Positions 10,001 to 16,553 of a stretch of 64,000 bases of DNA are shown piece by piece. The stretch comes from Candidatus Aenigmatarchaeota archaeon. Its GTDB lineage: Archaea; Aenigmatarchaeota; Aenigmatarchaeia; QMZP01; QMZT01. The notes under the pieces were generated by a model. It did no database searches and had not been told where the DNA came from. It worked only from the letters and a program-made list of their open reading frames with translations. The DNA is taken from positions 15,366-79,365 of the forward strand of contig QMZT01000001.1 in NCBI GenBank assembly GCA_003663325.1, given 5' to 3'. The translations under genes were made by a program, and so were the position numbers. The first letter of the stretch is position 1, and each line of letters begins with the position of its first letter.

Positions 10001-12198
10001 CCTCAGATGCGGGCGAAACAAATATTAGTTTGGTTGTAAATACAACAAATTCAAGTGCAAACATCTCAATAGCTATTAATATTATAAAGAGCGATACATT
10101 ACCACCCCGTATCCATAACGTTTCAATAAACAAAAACAAATTTAACCTTTATCAATATGCAATAATAACCGCTAATGCTAGTGATAACACTCTTATAAAA
10201 CACACCTCTCTGGAGATATCTCATAATAATTATAAGGTTAATATAAGCTCTGAACAAATAGGAGAAGGATTGTATAGGTTTACCTTTTCATCGATAAATG
10301 AAACAGGTAGTTATTGGTACAGGGTATGGGTTTGTGATGTTTTTGACAACTGCAATGTATCCTCTAGCTTCAATTTTTCTGCCTTTAATACATACACTGT
10401 TATAGCAAGTATAGACAAAACCAGGTATAATAAAGGCAGGAACGTTACGTTCTTACTAGAGGTATTAGATGTTAATAATATGAGTGTTGATAACTACAAA
10501 ACAACTTCTATCGTTAAGATAGATAATCCAGAAAGTGAGGTATGTGATGGTTATATAGACTCTGTAAAAAATGCTACATTCTACTATTTCATCTCACCCA
10601 GCGACTATCCAAATTCGGATAATGATGCCTGCTATTATGTGTTTATAAATGTCACCAAAAATGGAAATACAGGGAATGCGAGCCTTTCGTTTAATGTTTC
10701 AAAAAAATTGAACGTAGAGTTTATATCACCTCAGACGGGCGAATATGTACCTGTAGACACACCTGTTCTAGTTGAGATTAGTGTGAATGATGTAAATGAG
10801 AATGTGCTGGATAATGTCAGAGCCCGAGCATATTGCTTTGAATGTGGTGACAAGAATACTATACTTACCTACTATCCGCCACGCAGAACATATGTAAATT
10901 TCCAAGCATTTGATGCACCACAAACAGAAACAGGAGACTTTGCTATATTTGCATATGTAACAGATATCTATGATAATGATCAAGGTGAGAATCCTCCAAG
11001 GGTTGTACCTACCACAATAGAGAGCTCTGTACCACAAACCCAAGCGGCACAGGGCATAGGCGGTACTTCTTCTACCCAAGGGGCAAGTGGAGGAGAAGCA
11101 ACATGTAAATGCGAATTATGGAAAAATGTTGGCTGTGGAGCAAATAAGTGCAAAGCACACGAAATGTATCAAGTAAGGGTATGCGAGCCTGCTGGATGCG
11201 GTATAGAAGAAAGGTGTATAAGGCATAAAGAGTGCGAGCCAAAACGGGATTTTGTATTAAAGGTAAGTGAGCGATATATAAGAATTGGAAAGGGTTACAA
11301 TGCAAGCATCATCATATCTATAGAGAATACAGGCAACACCGCGCTAAACCTCACATTTTTCGTAAAAAAGGAGTGTTGTATAGTGCCAAATCCCGGTCGC
11401 ATTACGATTGACCCAAACGAAAGGGTAGAGATACCCATAGATATTCACGTCCCGCTCTATGAAAGGTCTGGGCAGTACATAATTATAATAGGTGCGAGCT
11501 CCGGGCTACTCAACAAAACCATTGCTATCGATATATTTGCAGCGGAAAGTCCTCTAACAAAAAGGTTTAACGCTCTTAGGAATATACTTAGAGACATAAA
11601 AAACGATATAAAGGAGTATAAAGATTCTGGTATTGATGTCTCAAAACTAGAAGAATTGGTAAGTATTGCTGAAGCGTATCTCAATAGATCACAAGAAAGT
11701 ATTATAAGGGATGATGTAAGTGGGTTAGAGACGTATCTGGATAAAATAAGTGAAAAGCTTGGAATGGCACAAAATGAGCTTGTCTATCTATGGATTTACA
11801 AGTTCCTCAATGAAAATAAGTGGAATCTTACTATAATTGCTATTCTTATATTCATATTCAGCTACATTATCTCTGAGATAATAATACCCTATTATAAACT
11901 TAGCAAGGAGTTGACAGCACTTAAGGAAAAAGAAAACACTTTAGTGCAATCAAGGCTGGAAACAGAGAAACAATACTTTACAAGAAGGATAGATGAGACA
12001 ACATTTAATAAAATGGTTATAGAGATACAACAAAACATATTAAAGGTTAGATCAAAGATAAGAAATAAAACAATTGAAAAGGAAGGGCTTATAAGAGCAA
12101 AGCTTAGGCCATCCTCCCTGCTATATTGGAGTGAAAGCATTATTTTAAGAATTGTTTCGCTCCTAAAGAATATTATCGATAAGGCTAAAGCGAGATAG
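4024..12198 (+). CDS. giant (2724 aa) membrane-anchored, glycosylation-sequon-rich surface protein with tandem beta-sandwich-type repeats
   Basis: Uninterrupted ORF. N-terminal signal/anchor 'LKLFSAFIFTLLMIGLVVA'. Very many N-x-S/T sequons. Recurring 'D-x-(A/L/S)-G-N' and 'D-x-x-SG(V/I)' repeat signatures. Four copies of a roughly 90-aa Cys module ('LSCSD..GC..YYC'). Cys knot 'CKCELWKNVGCGANKCKAHEMYQVRVCEPAGCGIEERCIRHKEC'. One C-terminal TM 'LTIIAILIFIFSYIISEIIIPYY' followed by a charged helical tail. Confidence 0.85.
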   Translation: MNLKLFSAFIFTLLMIGLVVADTPPPKILLVEDAHFCGGYSPTEKCTNAQIEPFYTKALEANGYEYDTYVVSGSSDNGPDLETLSKYDIVIWFTGEDHKNTLTSVDINNLQQYLDNGGAFFLTGQDIGYDIWDTAFYGEYLHAFYCADSSGEYDHTLVGTNNNPIGDGLFPTIDSTIKGGADNQYFPSVIFYRDGKDIYFRYNMLSSEFYYEYIDAALIICGNGKKYVLRQSVLPAAIKAKTATYKVVYFAFGFEGIDSDADRNEIMKRVIGYLSRPRVKGTRVLEVNGIQYNLTCDKSLDKCSRMLYPYLYYTCYNDQLFGNITDVEFYVYDQNNNLVKQGKPSLQYDANSNKWWGIGVIIINGLADGPYVVKLRCKDSDGFWSKFDEVNLTIDNTFDNKPIIDSVEGKTSTPIYTNKVEPTITTTYLANKELPEKMLFLCYNSTSIIKNTTLEWITYQASYNFNITNTFYNCSSSDGLRRVYLFYMDKAGNVILPKDGDGYKDIILDRVKPEIHSISPTGYIKSGTNIAVNASDGLSGIATAIYNNGTHNFTFTPNISFDPHWQVEGISTLKVWITDNAGNVRYASYNYIVDNTPPTIDVIEPDNNSLTNKQSIEIRFNVTDQAGVDNNSINVVVSNGSIYSSICNQINNGYACTYLWNTTNLTFGNYTIRIYASDSLNNSAYDIINVKIDRIPPIITIIQPPNEYNTTSSNNLLNVSAYDNTDIDYESAYFIFKNLTAEYNESAYKGSWKQLTYSNGYFISTFSVELGLSDGHYKLLVSINDTLGNMNIAWVNISIDNTPPQTTDNSSSVDVWYRSDQYISLSCSDNMMGCNETYYCVASQLCIPSIKGNSTSVTCNDGDECILYVFYKSIDKVGNEENIKSSNKIKIDKRAPTITIENPTQGRVYSGIIELRATISDHGSGVDNAWYEIINASNTSEIIATGALQAPLYNSTWNSSNYTYATLIFKVYANDTLGNNATANVTFDVNNKKPTATIYYPKYIFIGKAFNLDLRAKRENGNLSNASYTIFNASDIVKTNTTTGINKSEFKFSDLVTIDILADGNYTINFTAYDYAIPPNKAFDSAWFYVDKIPPQTIDSSDPQERWKGSDVYINLSCYDNAAGCETLVYCINTSNQDCQPNKSVSIDKNISILISCNEGDECIKWIKYYSNDTVNNTETLKASYAIKIDKKAPITADNSSSEWKNGDQIIQLNCSDTGSGCNVTLYCIDDTGACVPQNIYEGYVNLTCNDICKKYIRYRSNDSVGNLEPIKTSKLIRIDKSLPQTAISPNSSYLPINTPFSLSCSDTGSGCNKTYYKIIDSNGICPSTGYSEGENGIVSCDNGAVCEKRICYYSSDMAGNKENVKVSGIFKIDKAPPVLTALYINVTDDTIFGDKRVLNGSIIKVYVNLSDTSNVSSVNVTVKTPSKLFNLTLSLEDGNYSNGTWSNVLVVNETGIYNLTYIYALDSFNNKLVTYRGYYFHSVVPRLNILLNNKTFADAGKTYILEMKASFNITLINPVLIIYLPPFFENKSVYKCTFSGGCDITKFGDVLHVNASGYGTYLSINTNIFANTIASDTNVSWNTSYNNLQFKNKTIILTPQINITNTWCDGKACTVDQNKVFNLTIEVSNIKSDKHSGTAYNITLNITFHNATSALVPIGDLPSNSSANITIRVNITEAGNKSISMFAFDGTCSYNSSNTTLIIVVRDKEKPTVELVEFEDSYVNVNETINYYVTARDNVGIGSIIAQINDSEGLESNYTLSLFAGSKEYGIWRLSYVYTQKEGIYKIMKIYVNDTAGNTLSYTPPINASVFYVTAFILNMSLSPQILTIGEGVNIYVNISNNASPITNVYATIVKPNNYTKSYELNYDGYENGKYIYSLEYTNTTTSGSYIVNLTVRTKIEKNAKAYFSVPYGFPSLVSSSGNNISVPPNTKFNITWLIKPVNGDLLSVNATIFIENKSVINTSEGYKKFVGNIYWEKYKDNGKMLMWEFNASDAGETNISLVVNTTNSSANISIAINIIKSDTLPPRIHNVSINKNKFNLYQYAIITANASDNTLIKHTSLEISHNNYKVNISSEQIGEGLYRFTFSSINETGSYWYRVWVCDVFDNCNVSSSFNFSAFNTYTVIASIDKTRYNKGRNVTFLLEVLDVNNMSVDNYKTTSIVKIDNPESEVCDGYIDSVKNATFYYFISPSDYPNSDNDACYYVFINVTKNGNTGNASLSFNVSKKLNVEFISPQTGEYVPVDTPVLVEISVNDVNENVLDNVRARAYCFECGDKNTILTYYPPRRTYVNFQAFDAPQTETGDFAIFAYVTDIYDNDQGENPPRVVPTTIESSVPQTQAAQGIGGTSSTQGASGGEATCKCELWKNVGCGANKCKAHEMYQVRVCEPAGCGIEERCIRHKECEPKRDFVLKVSERYIRIGKGYNASIIISIENTGNTALNLTFFVKKECCIVPNPGRITIDPNERVEIPIDIHVPLYERSGQYIIIIGASSGLLNKTIAIDIFAAESPLTKRFNALRNILRDIKNDIKEYKDSGIDVSKLEELVSIAEAYLNRSQESIIRDDVSGLETYLDKISEKLGMAQNELVYLWIYKFLNENKWNLTIIAILIFIFSYIISEIIIPYYKLSKELTALKEKENTLVQSRLETEKQYFTRRIDETTFNKMVIEIQQNILKVRSKIRNKTIEKEGLIRAKLRPSSLLYWSESIILRIVSLLKNIIDKAKAR

Positions 12199-12202
12199 TT
12201 AG

Positions 12203-12754
12203 CTAAATACCTGTAAACAGTTGCCTTATACTTTTTCCTATCGATATTGAGAATAGTTTATAGTTGGTAGGGCCTGTTAAAACGAGCTTCACATCAGACT
12301 GTATACCTTTACATAACCCATTAAGGAAAAGCCATAAAATACTATCCAGAGCTTTTTTGTTACCCAACATTTTAATGGTCATATATTCATTAGGTACCTG
12401 TGAAATTATATTTAGAGAGAACATTACCATTCCCTTCCCATTTGAGCTAACAAAATTCCCAACCTTGCTATATCCTGCCCTATGCCTTTTATCAAACACT
12501 TCCCTGATACAGATGCCTAGCATCTCTGACACTATACTATAAACATCATTATTATTCTCAGCCTTTACTATCAAACCAAACCCCCCATGGTATGATATAT
12601 CACTTAAAATTTTGTTTAACGTACTGTTATTTGTTTCTATGCATCTTTCTTTGCAATCAAGGCTAAACCTTATAAATACCTTATTCCCTCTACCACTCAT
12701 CTTTATTTCCACAACGTTTTGTGATACCTTTATCCTCATTGTTACTGATTCCAT
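12203..12754 (-). CDS. imidazoleglycerol-phosphate dehydratase (IGPD/HisB-fold) homolog lacking the metal-binding histidines
   Basis: Start moved to 'MESVTMRIKV' (12754), just after the upstream stop at 12757. 'YHGGFGLIVKAENN' matches the IGPD 'HGGF..V.A.GD' block. 'NDVYSIVSEMLGI' replaces 'DDHHxxED.GI'. 'TGPTNYKLFSISIGKSIRQL' replaces 'G.N.HH..E..FKA..RAL'. Confidence 0.5.
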   Translation of the reverse strand: MESVTMRIKVSQNVVEIKMSGRGNKVFIRFSLDCKERCIETNNSTLNKILSDISYHGGFGLIVKAENNNDVYSIVSEMLGICIREVFDKRHRAGYSKVGNFVSSNGKGMVMFSLNIISQVPNEYMTIKMLGNKKALDSILWLFLNGLCKGIQSDVKLVLTGPTNYKLFSISIGKSIRQLFTGI

Positions 12755-12756
12755 GC

Positions 12757-13770
12757 TTACCTTGCCTTCATCCATTTCTTCCCAGCTATCCTTATCTCCT
12801 CTCCACATGCATTACATCTTTCATTGTATGAAACAATATGAAATCCGTATCTCTTTATAAGAAGATTCCCACATTTCCAGCAATATGTGGACTCATTCTT
12901 ATGACCAAATACATTCCCAATATAAACATAACGCATACCCATGTTTTTTGCAATGCTATAGGCACGCTCTAATATATGTAATGGTGTTGATCGAATATCC
13001 ATTAACTTGTAATCAGGGTGAAACGCTGAAAAGTGGATAGGTGTTGACTCACCAAGATTCTTTTTGATCCATAGCACTATATTCTCTATAGCTTCTTTAC
13101 TATCATTATACCCGGGTATAATTAGTGTCGTGGTCTCTATCCAAACACCACACTCCTTGTACTCTTTCAATGCATTAAATATTGGTCTTATATCCGGCAC
13201 CATCGCCATTGTTCTGTAAAACCTTTCATCACCCTTGATATCAACATTTATGGCATCCATGTACTTAGATACCCTTTTAACAGCATCCTTATTTGTATAA
13301 CCATTACTGACCCATACATTATACAGCCCATTTTTCTTTGCCAATCTCATTACATCATATGCATACTCATAAAATATTGTTGGCTCAGTATAGGTATATG
13401 CAATGCCCTCCACACCATTTTCCATGGCTAACTCTACCATATGCTCTGGCTCTATCTCCTCACCGTATACCTCATCAAATTCCTGACTAAGTTGCCAGTT
13501 CTGACAAAATTTGCATCTTAAATTACACCCAACAGTTGCAAAAGAAAGACACTGACTACCTGGAGCAAAATGAAACAATGGCTTTTTTTCTATCGGGTCA
13601 ATAGCTATGGCTGCTGCCTTTCCATAATTTAAAGAATAAAGAATACCATTCACATTTTTTCTAACTCTGCAAAATCCAGTAGTATTGTTAGCTATTATAC
13701 ACCCTCTAGGGCAAAGTTCACATCTTACCCTTTTATTCTCTAATTCCCTGTAAAACATCGCTTTTCTCAT
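12757..13770 (-). CDS. AmmeMemoRadiSam-system radical SAM enzyme (PFL-activase-like)
   Basis: N-terminal 'CELCPRGC' cluster, 'IDPIEKKPLFHF', radical SAM 'GCNLRCKFCQNW' (CxxxCxxC), C-terminal 'CWKCG...CNACG' zinc-ribbon-like pairs. Confidence 0.8.
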   Translation of the reverse strand: MRKAMFYRELENKRVRCELCPRGCIIANNTTGFCRVRKNVNGILYSLNYGKAAAIAIDPIEKKPLFHFAPGSQCLSFATVGCNLRCKFCQNWQLSQEFDEVYGEEIEPEHMVELAMENGVEGIAYTYTEPTIFYEYAYDVMRLAKKNGLYNVWVSNGYTNKDAVKRVSKYMDAINVDIKGDERFYRTMAMVPDIRPIFNALKEYKECGVWIETTTLIIPGYNDSKEAIENIVLWIKKNLGESTPIHFSAFHPDYKLMDIRSTPLHILERAYSIAKNMGMRYVYIGNVFGHKNESTYCWKCGNLLIKRYGFHIVSYNERCNACGEEIRIAGKKWMKAR

Positions 13771-13807
13771 TTTAAGAATTATATAATTTTAGCTTAAAAA
13801 TGCCCCG

Positions 13808-13881
13808 GCCGGGATTTCCCATGCTTATTGGTTGCAGGATGCATCGAAACCCGCTGGTGGTTTCGATTTTGAACCCGGGTC
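13808..13881 (-). repeat. 74-nt segment (T arm + T-loop intron) identical to 62440-62513 (inverted orientation)
   Basis: Base-by-base comparison of the reverse complement of 13808-13881 with 62440-62513 shows no mismatch. Flanking bases differ on both sides. Confidence 0.85.
13815..13867 (-). other. tRNA-Glu intron 2 (53 nt, T-loop 59/60)
   Basis: Interrupts TTCAAA|...|T of the T-loop. Identical in sequence to the tRNA-Arg intron at 62454-62506. Contains the 9-bp hairpin ATCGAAACC/GGTTTCGAT. Confidence 0.65.
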
Positions 13882-13888
13882 TTCGGCT

Positions 13889-13955
13889 TTCCTCGCTTAT
13901 TTCATAGCATAGCGATGCATGCTCAACCCTTCCAAGCCATTTCATTATTCAAGCT
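13889..13955 (-). other. tRNA-Glu intron 1 (67 nt, canonical 37/38 position)
   Basis: A BHB can be drawn. Anticodon stem, bulge AA|A38, 4-bp helix CUUU/GAGG (two G.U), bulge CG|A, inner helix GCTT/AAGC. Confidence 0.7.
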
Positions 13956-14045
13956 CGAAAGGCCGATATCCTTGGCCGGACTAGACTACCGGGGCATAAA
14001 ATAGATAACTTATTTAAAATTTATATTTTTGAGCCTTTTAACTTA

Positions 14046-14840
14046 CTAAATCTTGGTATAGTAGCTTAGCTTTGCATTTTTAAGTGCATACCTGCTGTGT
14101 TTGTTAAAATCGGGGAGTAAGAGAAATGGAGATGTTATATTTACTTGTATTGTAGCTGAACATGGTTTGCTGTGCTTCTCTATAACGCCTGCCTTTATTT
14201 CATAACCATCCTCTATCCTATCTATTAACACATCACCAAGATTAACAGCGCTGCATGCACTCCTTCTTATCTCTTTCAGTATCTTGTTACCTTTTTCTAC
14301 AAGAGGCATTATATTTATGCTATAATTTTTAGTTGGATGAAATGCTAGTTTTAGGGTTACTCTTTCACCCCCGAGTGGATAGTTTTCAACAAATGTGATA
14401 TACCTTTTTGCCAGATCAATTCTAATTTTATCCTCCATTTTAAGCTCTATATCTCTTATATCATATACCGGTAATTTTACAAACCTTCCCATGAAATTGA
14501 AGCCTGTGAGTGTATATCTATTCAAATTTTTTATGGTCTCATTCTTCATACTTGCTATAACATATGCATTATCAAGCTCCCCTTCCCATACCTCTTTACC
14601 AAAACCACTAGCTAGCAGTGCTAGTAATGCATTATAGATGGAATAATCTAGTGCAGTATCCATGTAAATCTTAGCCGAATATAATGCATTCTTAGCCATA
14701 TATATATCTTTCATAACGCTAACCTCTACCCCAGATTTCATAAGAAATGTTTTATTTATAGCCATGAAAATCATAGCTGAAAGGATGAATATTGCTATGA
14801 TTATGTATAGGTTTGTTTCAAAACCCTTTCTTTTTTTCAT
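14046..14840 (-). CDS. pilin-like N-terminus protein, function unknown (last gene of hydrolase operon)
   Basis: 'MKKRKG|FETNLYIIIAIFILSAMIFMAI': basic leader ending in Gly, then Phe and a hydrophobic helix. 4-nt overlap with the upstream M23 gene. Confidence 0.6.
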   Translation of the reverse strand: MKKRKGFETNLYIIIAIFILSAMIFMAINKTFLMKSGVEVSVMKDIYMAKNALYSAKIYMDTALDYSIYNALLALLASGFGKEVWEGELDNAYVIASMKNETIKNLNRYTLTGFNFMGRFVKLPVYDIRDIELKMEDKIRIDLAKRYITFVENYPLGGERVTLKLAFHPTKNYSINIMPLVEKGNKILKEIRRSACSAVNLGDVLIDRIEDGYEIKAGVIEKHSKPCSATIQVNITSPFLLLPDFNKHSRYALKNAKLSYYTKI

Positions 14841-15790
14841 GAAATCACCACCCTGCCTTTATTCCCGTTAGGAAGGGGTATATCAAATTCATAAACCACC
14901 TGTTTCTTTGATACAATCGCTTGCTCACAATTATCTGGCGGTGAAACAAAGTAATGGCAAGGGTTTAATGCTTTACCCCTGCTGTCTATGATACCAAAAT
15001 GCAGATGTGGACCAGAGCTATAACCCGTATTCCCACATATGCCCAATCTTGTATTACTATTAACCCTCTCCCCTACTCTCACATATACATTTTTGAGGTG
15101 GTAATACACTGTATATATATTTCCATACCCCTCAATATAATGCCTTATCTTTACACTGTTTCCCAATCCATCGTTACATGAGCAACTATGCATACCCCAC
15201 TCATTCTTACTCTTTATCGTGCAATCAATACCTTGATTTTCCTTACACCCTGTGGTAACACTTTCAACTATACCGCTCAAAGCAGGGTAAACATCATCAC
15301 CATCACATTTAAAATCCACACCCCGGTGAAACTCATAACCAAATTTTAGTGCACGCAGCCCATAACCAGAAGTTATTACTACATTCCTTTTATGCAATGG
15401 CAAGCCTAGTACGATACCTTCTATTTTTTCACTTTCTTTATTATACCCTTTCCAAACCCTTCTTACTACCTTACCACCTTCCATAATTACAAGATGATAA
15501 TCATTTCCAAATAATAATGCCAGTGTGTCATTTACCCACTTTTCATATCCCGTCTTGTTATTGTAAAGCATACCAAGAGCCTGCATACCATTTATTCCAC
15601 CTTTTTCTCTGGAAAGCAGCGCTAATATATTATTTCCCTTATCGCTTAGCCTAAACGCAACACTTAGCTCGTTTCTCAACGAGAATAATGAGCCTTTGTT
15701 TACAAAAGAAAGTATGCTAAGAAAAAGGTAACCTATCATGAATACCAAAAATAATACTATTATATCTGCAAAACCCTTATATCTTAACAT
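14837..15790 (-). CDS. M23-family (LytM-type) zinc metallopeptidase with pilin-like/TM N-terminus
   Basis: N-terminus 'MLRYKG|FADIIVLFLVFMIGYLF'. C-terminal M23 motifs 'FHRGVDF' (HxxxD) and 'GNTGYSSGPHLHFGI' (HxH). Confidence 0.8.
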   Translation of the reverse strand: MLRYKGFADIIVLFLVFMIGYLFLSILSFVNKGSLFSLRNELSVAFRLSDKGNNILALLSREKGGINGMQALGMLYNNKTGYEKWVNDTLALLFGNDYHLVIMEGGKVVRRVWKGYNKESEKIEGIVLGLPLHKRNVVITSGYGLRALKFGYEFHRGVDFKCDGDDVYPALSGIVESVTTGCKENQGIDCTIKSKNEWGMHSCSCNDGLGNSVKIRHYIEGYGNIYTVYYHLKNVYVRVGERVNSNTRLGICGNTGYSSGPHLHFGIIDSRGKALNPCHYFVSPPDNCEQAIVSKKQVVYEFDIPLPNGNKGRVVIS

Positions 15791-16553
15791 ATAACCTACC
15801 TACATGTACCTCCCTTTCAACAACTATACAAATCCTGTTTCTTTTATTTTTACATTCATTCATACTTTTTGCAAATTTTAGTACAGCTAGAGTATTTTTC
15901 ATAATATTTGCCCGGGTAAATAAGTACACGCTTGCATTACCTCCACTTTTATAAATACCATCTATATACTCTTTAAATCTCTCTACATCATCGCTATTAC
16001 GTATAACAAATGTGCTTGCATTACCAGCTTCAATTCTCTTGATTTTCAAAAAAAGATTGTTATTTTTAGAATAAATGCTAAGCATATAGCTTCTGTTCTT
16101 TTCAAATAAGATATCGTCGCTAGCAACAACATCTTTGTACTCTATCGGAACGAATATTTCATGCCATGAATATGACGAATGCTTCTTTATTTCTCTTTTA
16201 ACCTCTACAACCTCTCTTAAAAACTCATCGCCAATCCCAAATTTCCATTGCTTGCCATTTTCAAGATCTGTTATTGTTATTGTTAGCGGTTGTGGTAACA
16301 TACACTTCTCTACAATATCCTTCTCGCTTATTGTATCGAGCACAGCTGAACTTATGCTTCCATTGCCAAGTTGTTGAAGACAATGTTTTATAGAATGTGC
16401 AATCTTAAATGCATCCACCCCTTCTGTAGGCATTTTTATTCTCCCCTCCAGTTTAATGAAATGTTCAACAAAGTACATTGAAAGCAAAATGCTGGCGGTA
16501 ACAAATATGATGGTGCTGATTATAACTTTAGCATCTGCATATCCTCTTAGCAT
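15777..16553 (-). CDS. pilin-like N-terminus protein, function unknown
   Basis: 'MLRG|YADAKVIISTIIFVTASILLSMYF'. 14-nt overlap with the downstream gene and 7-nt overlap with the upstream gene. Confidence 0.55.
   Translation of the reverse strand: MLRGYADAKVIISTIIFVTASILLSMYFVEHFIKLEGRIKMPTEGVDAFKIAHSIKHCLQQLGNGSISSAVLDTISEKDIVEKCMLPQPLTITITDLENGKQWKFGIGDEFLREVVEVKREIKKHSSYSWHEIFVPIEYKDVVASDDILFEKNRSYMLSIYSKNNNLFLKIKRIEAGNASTFVIRNSDDVERFKEYIDGIYKSGGNASVYLFTRANIMKNTLAVLKFAKSMNECKNKRNRICIVVEREVHVGRLYVKI

Larger units (their letters stand above)
13801..13995 (-). tRNA. tRNA-Glu(UUC) with two introns (37/38 and T-loop 59/60)
   Basis: Exons 13956-13995, 13868-13888 and 13801-13814 join to a 75-nt cloverleaf. 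Acceptor GCCCCGG/CCGGGGC. D arm GTCT-AGTCCGGCCAA-GGAT. Anticodon stem TCGGC/GCCGA with loop CTTTCGA. T arm CCGGG-TTCAAAT-CCCGG. Discriminator A. Confidence 0.85.

Noticed and set aside
4363-11684. Many 60-100-aa minus-strand ORFs inside the giant surface-protein gene
   Set aside because: They are scattered and non-overlapping, with Cys/Tyr/Ile-rich antisense-type composition. The plus-strand frame is open for 8.2 kb with clear repeat-domain structure.
13815-13867. Alternative reading of the T-loop inserts as split, permuted or pseudogenised tRNAs
   Set aside because: Both halves are contiguous and collinear. Removing the insert restores a perfect T arm and cloverleaf in all three genes, and the tRNA-Trp insert forms a perfect BHB. 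Introns are the simplest explanation.
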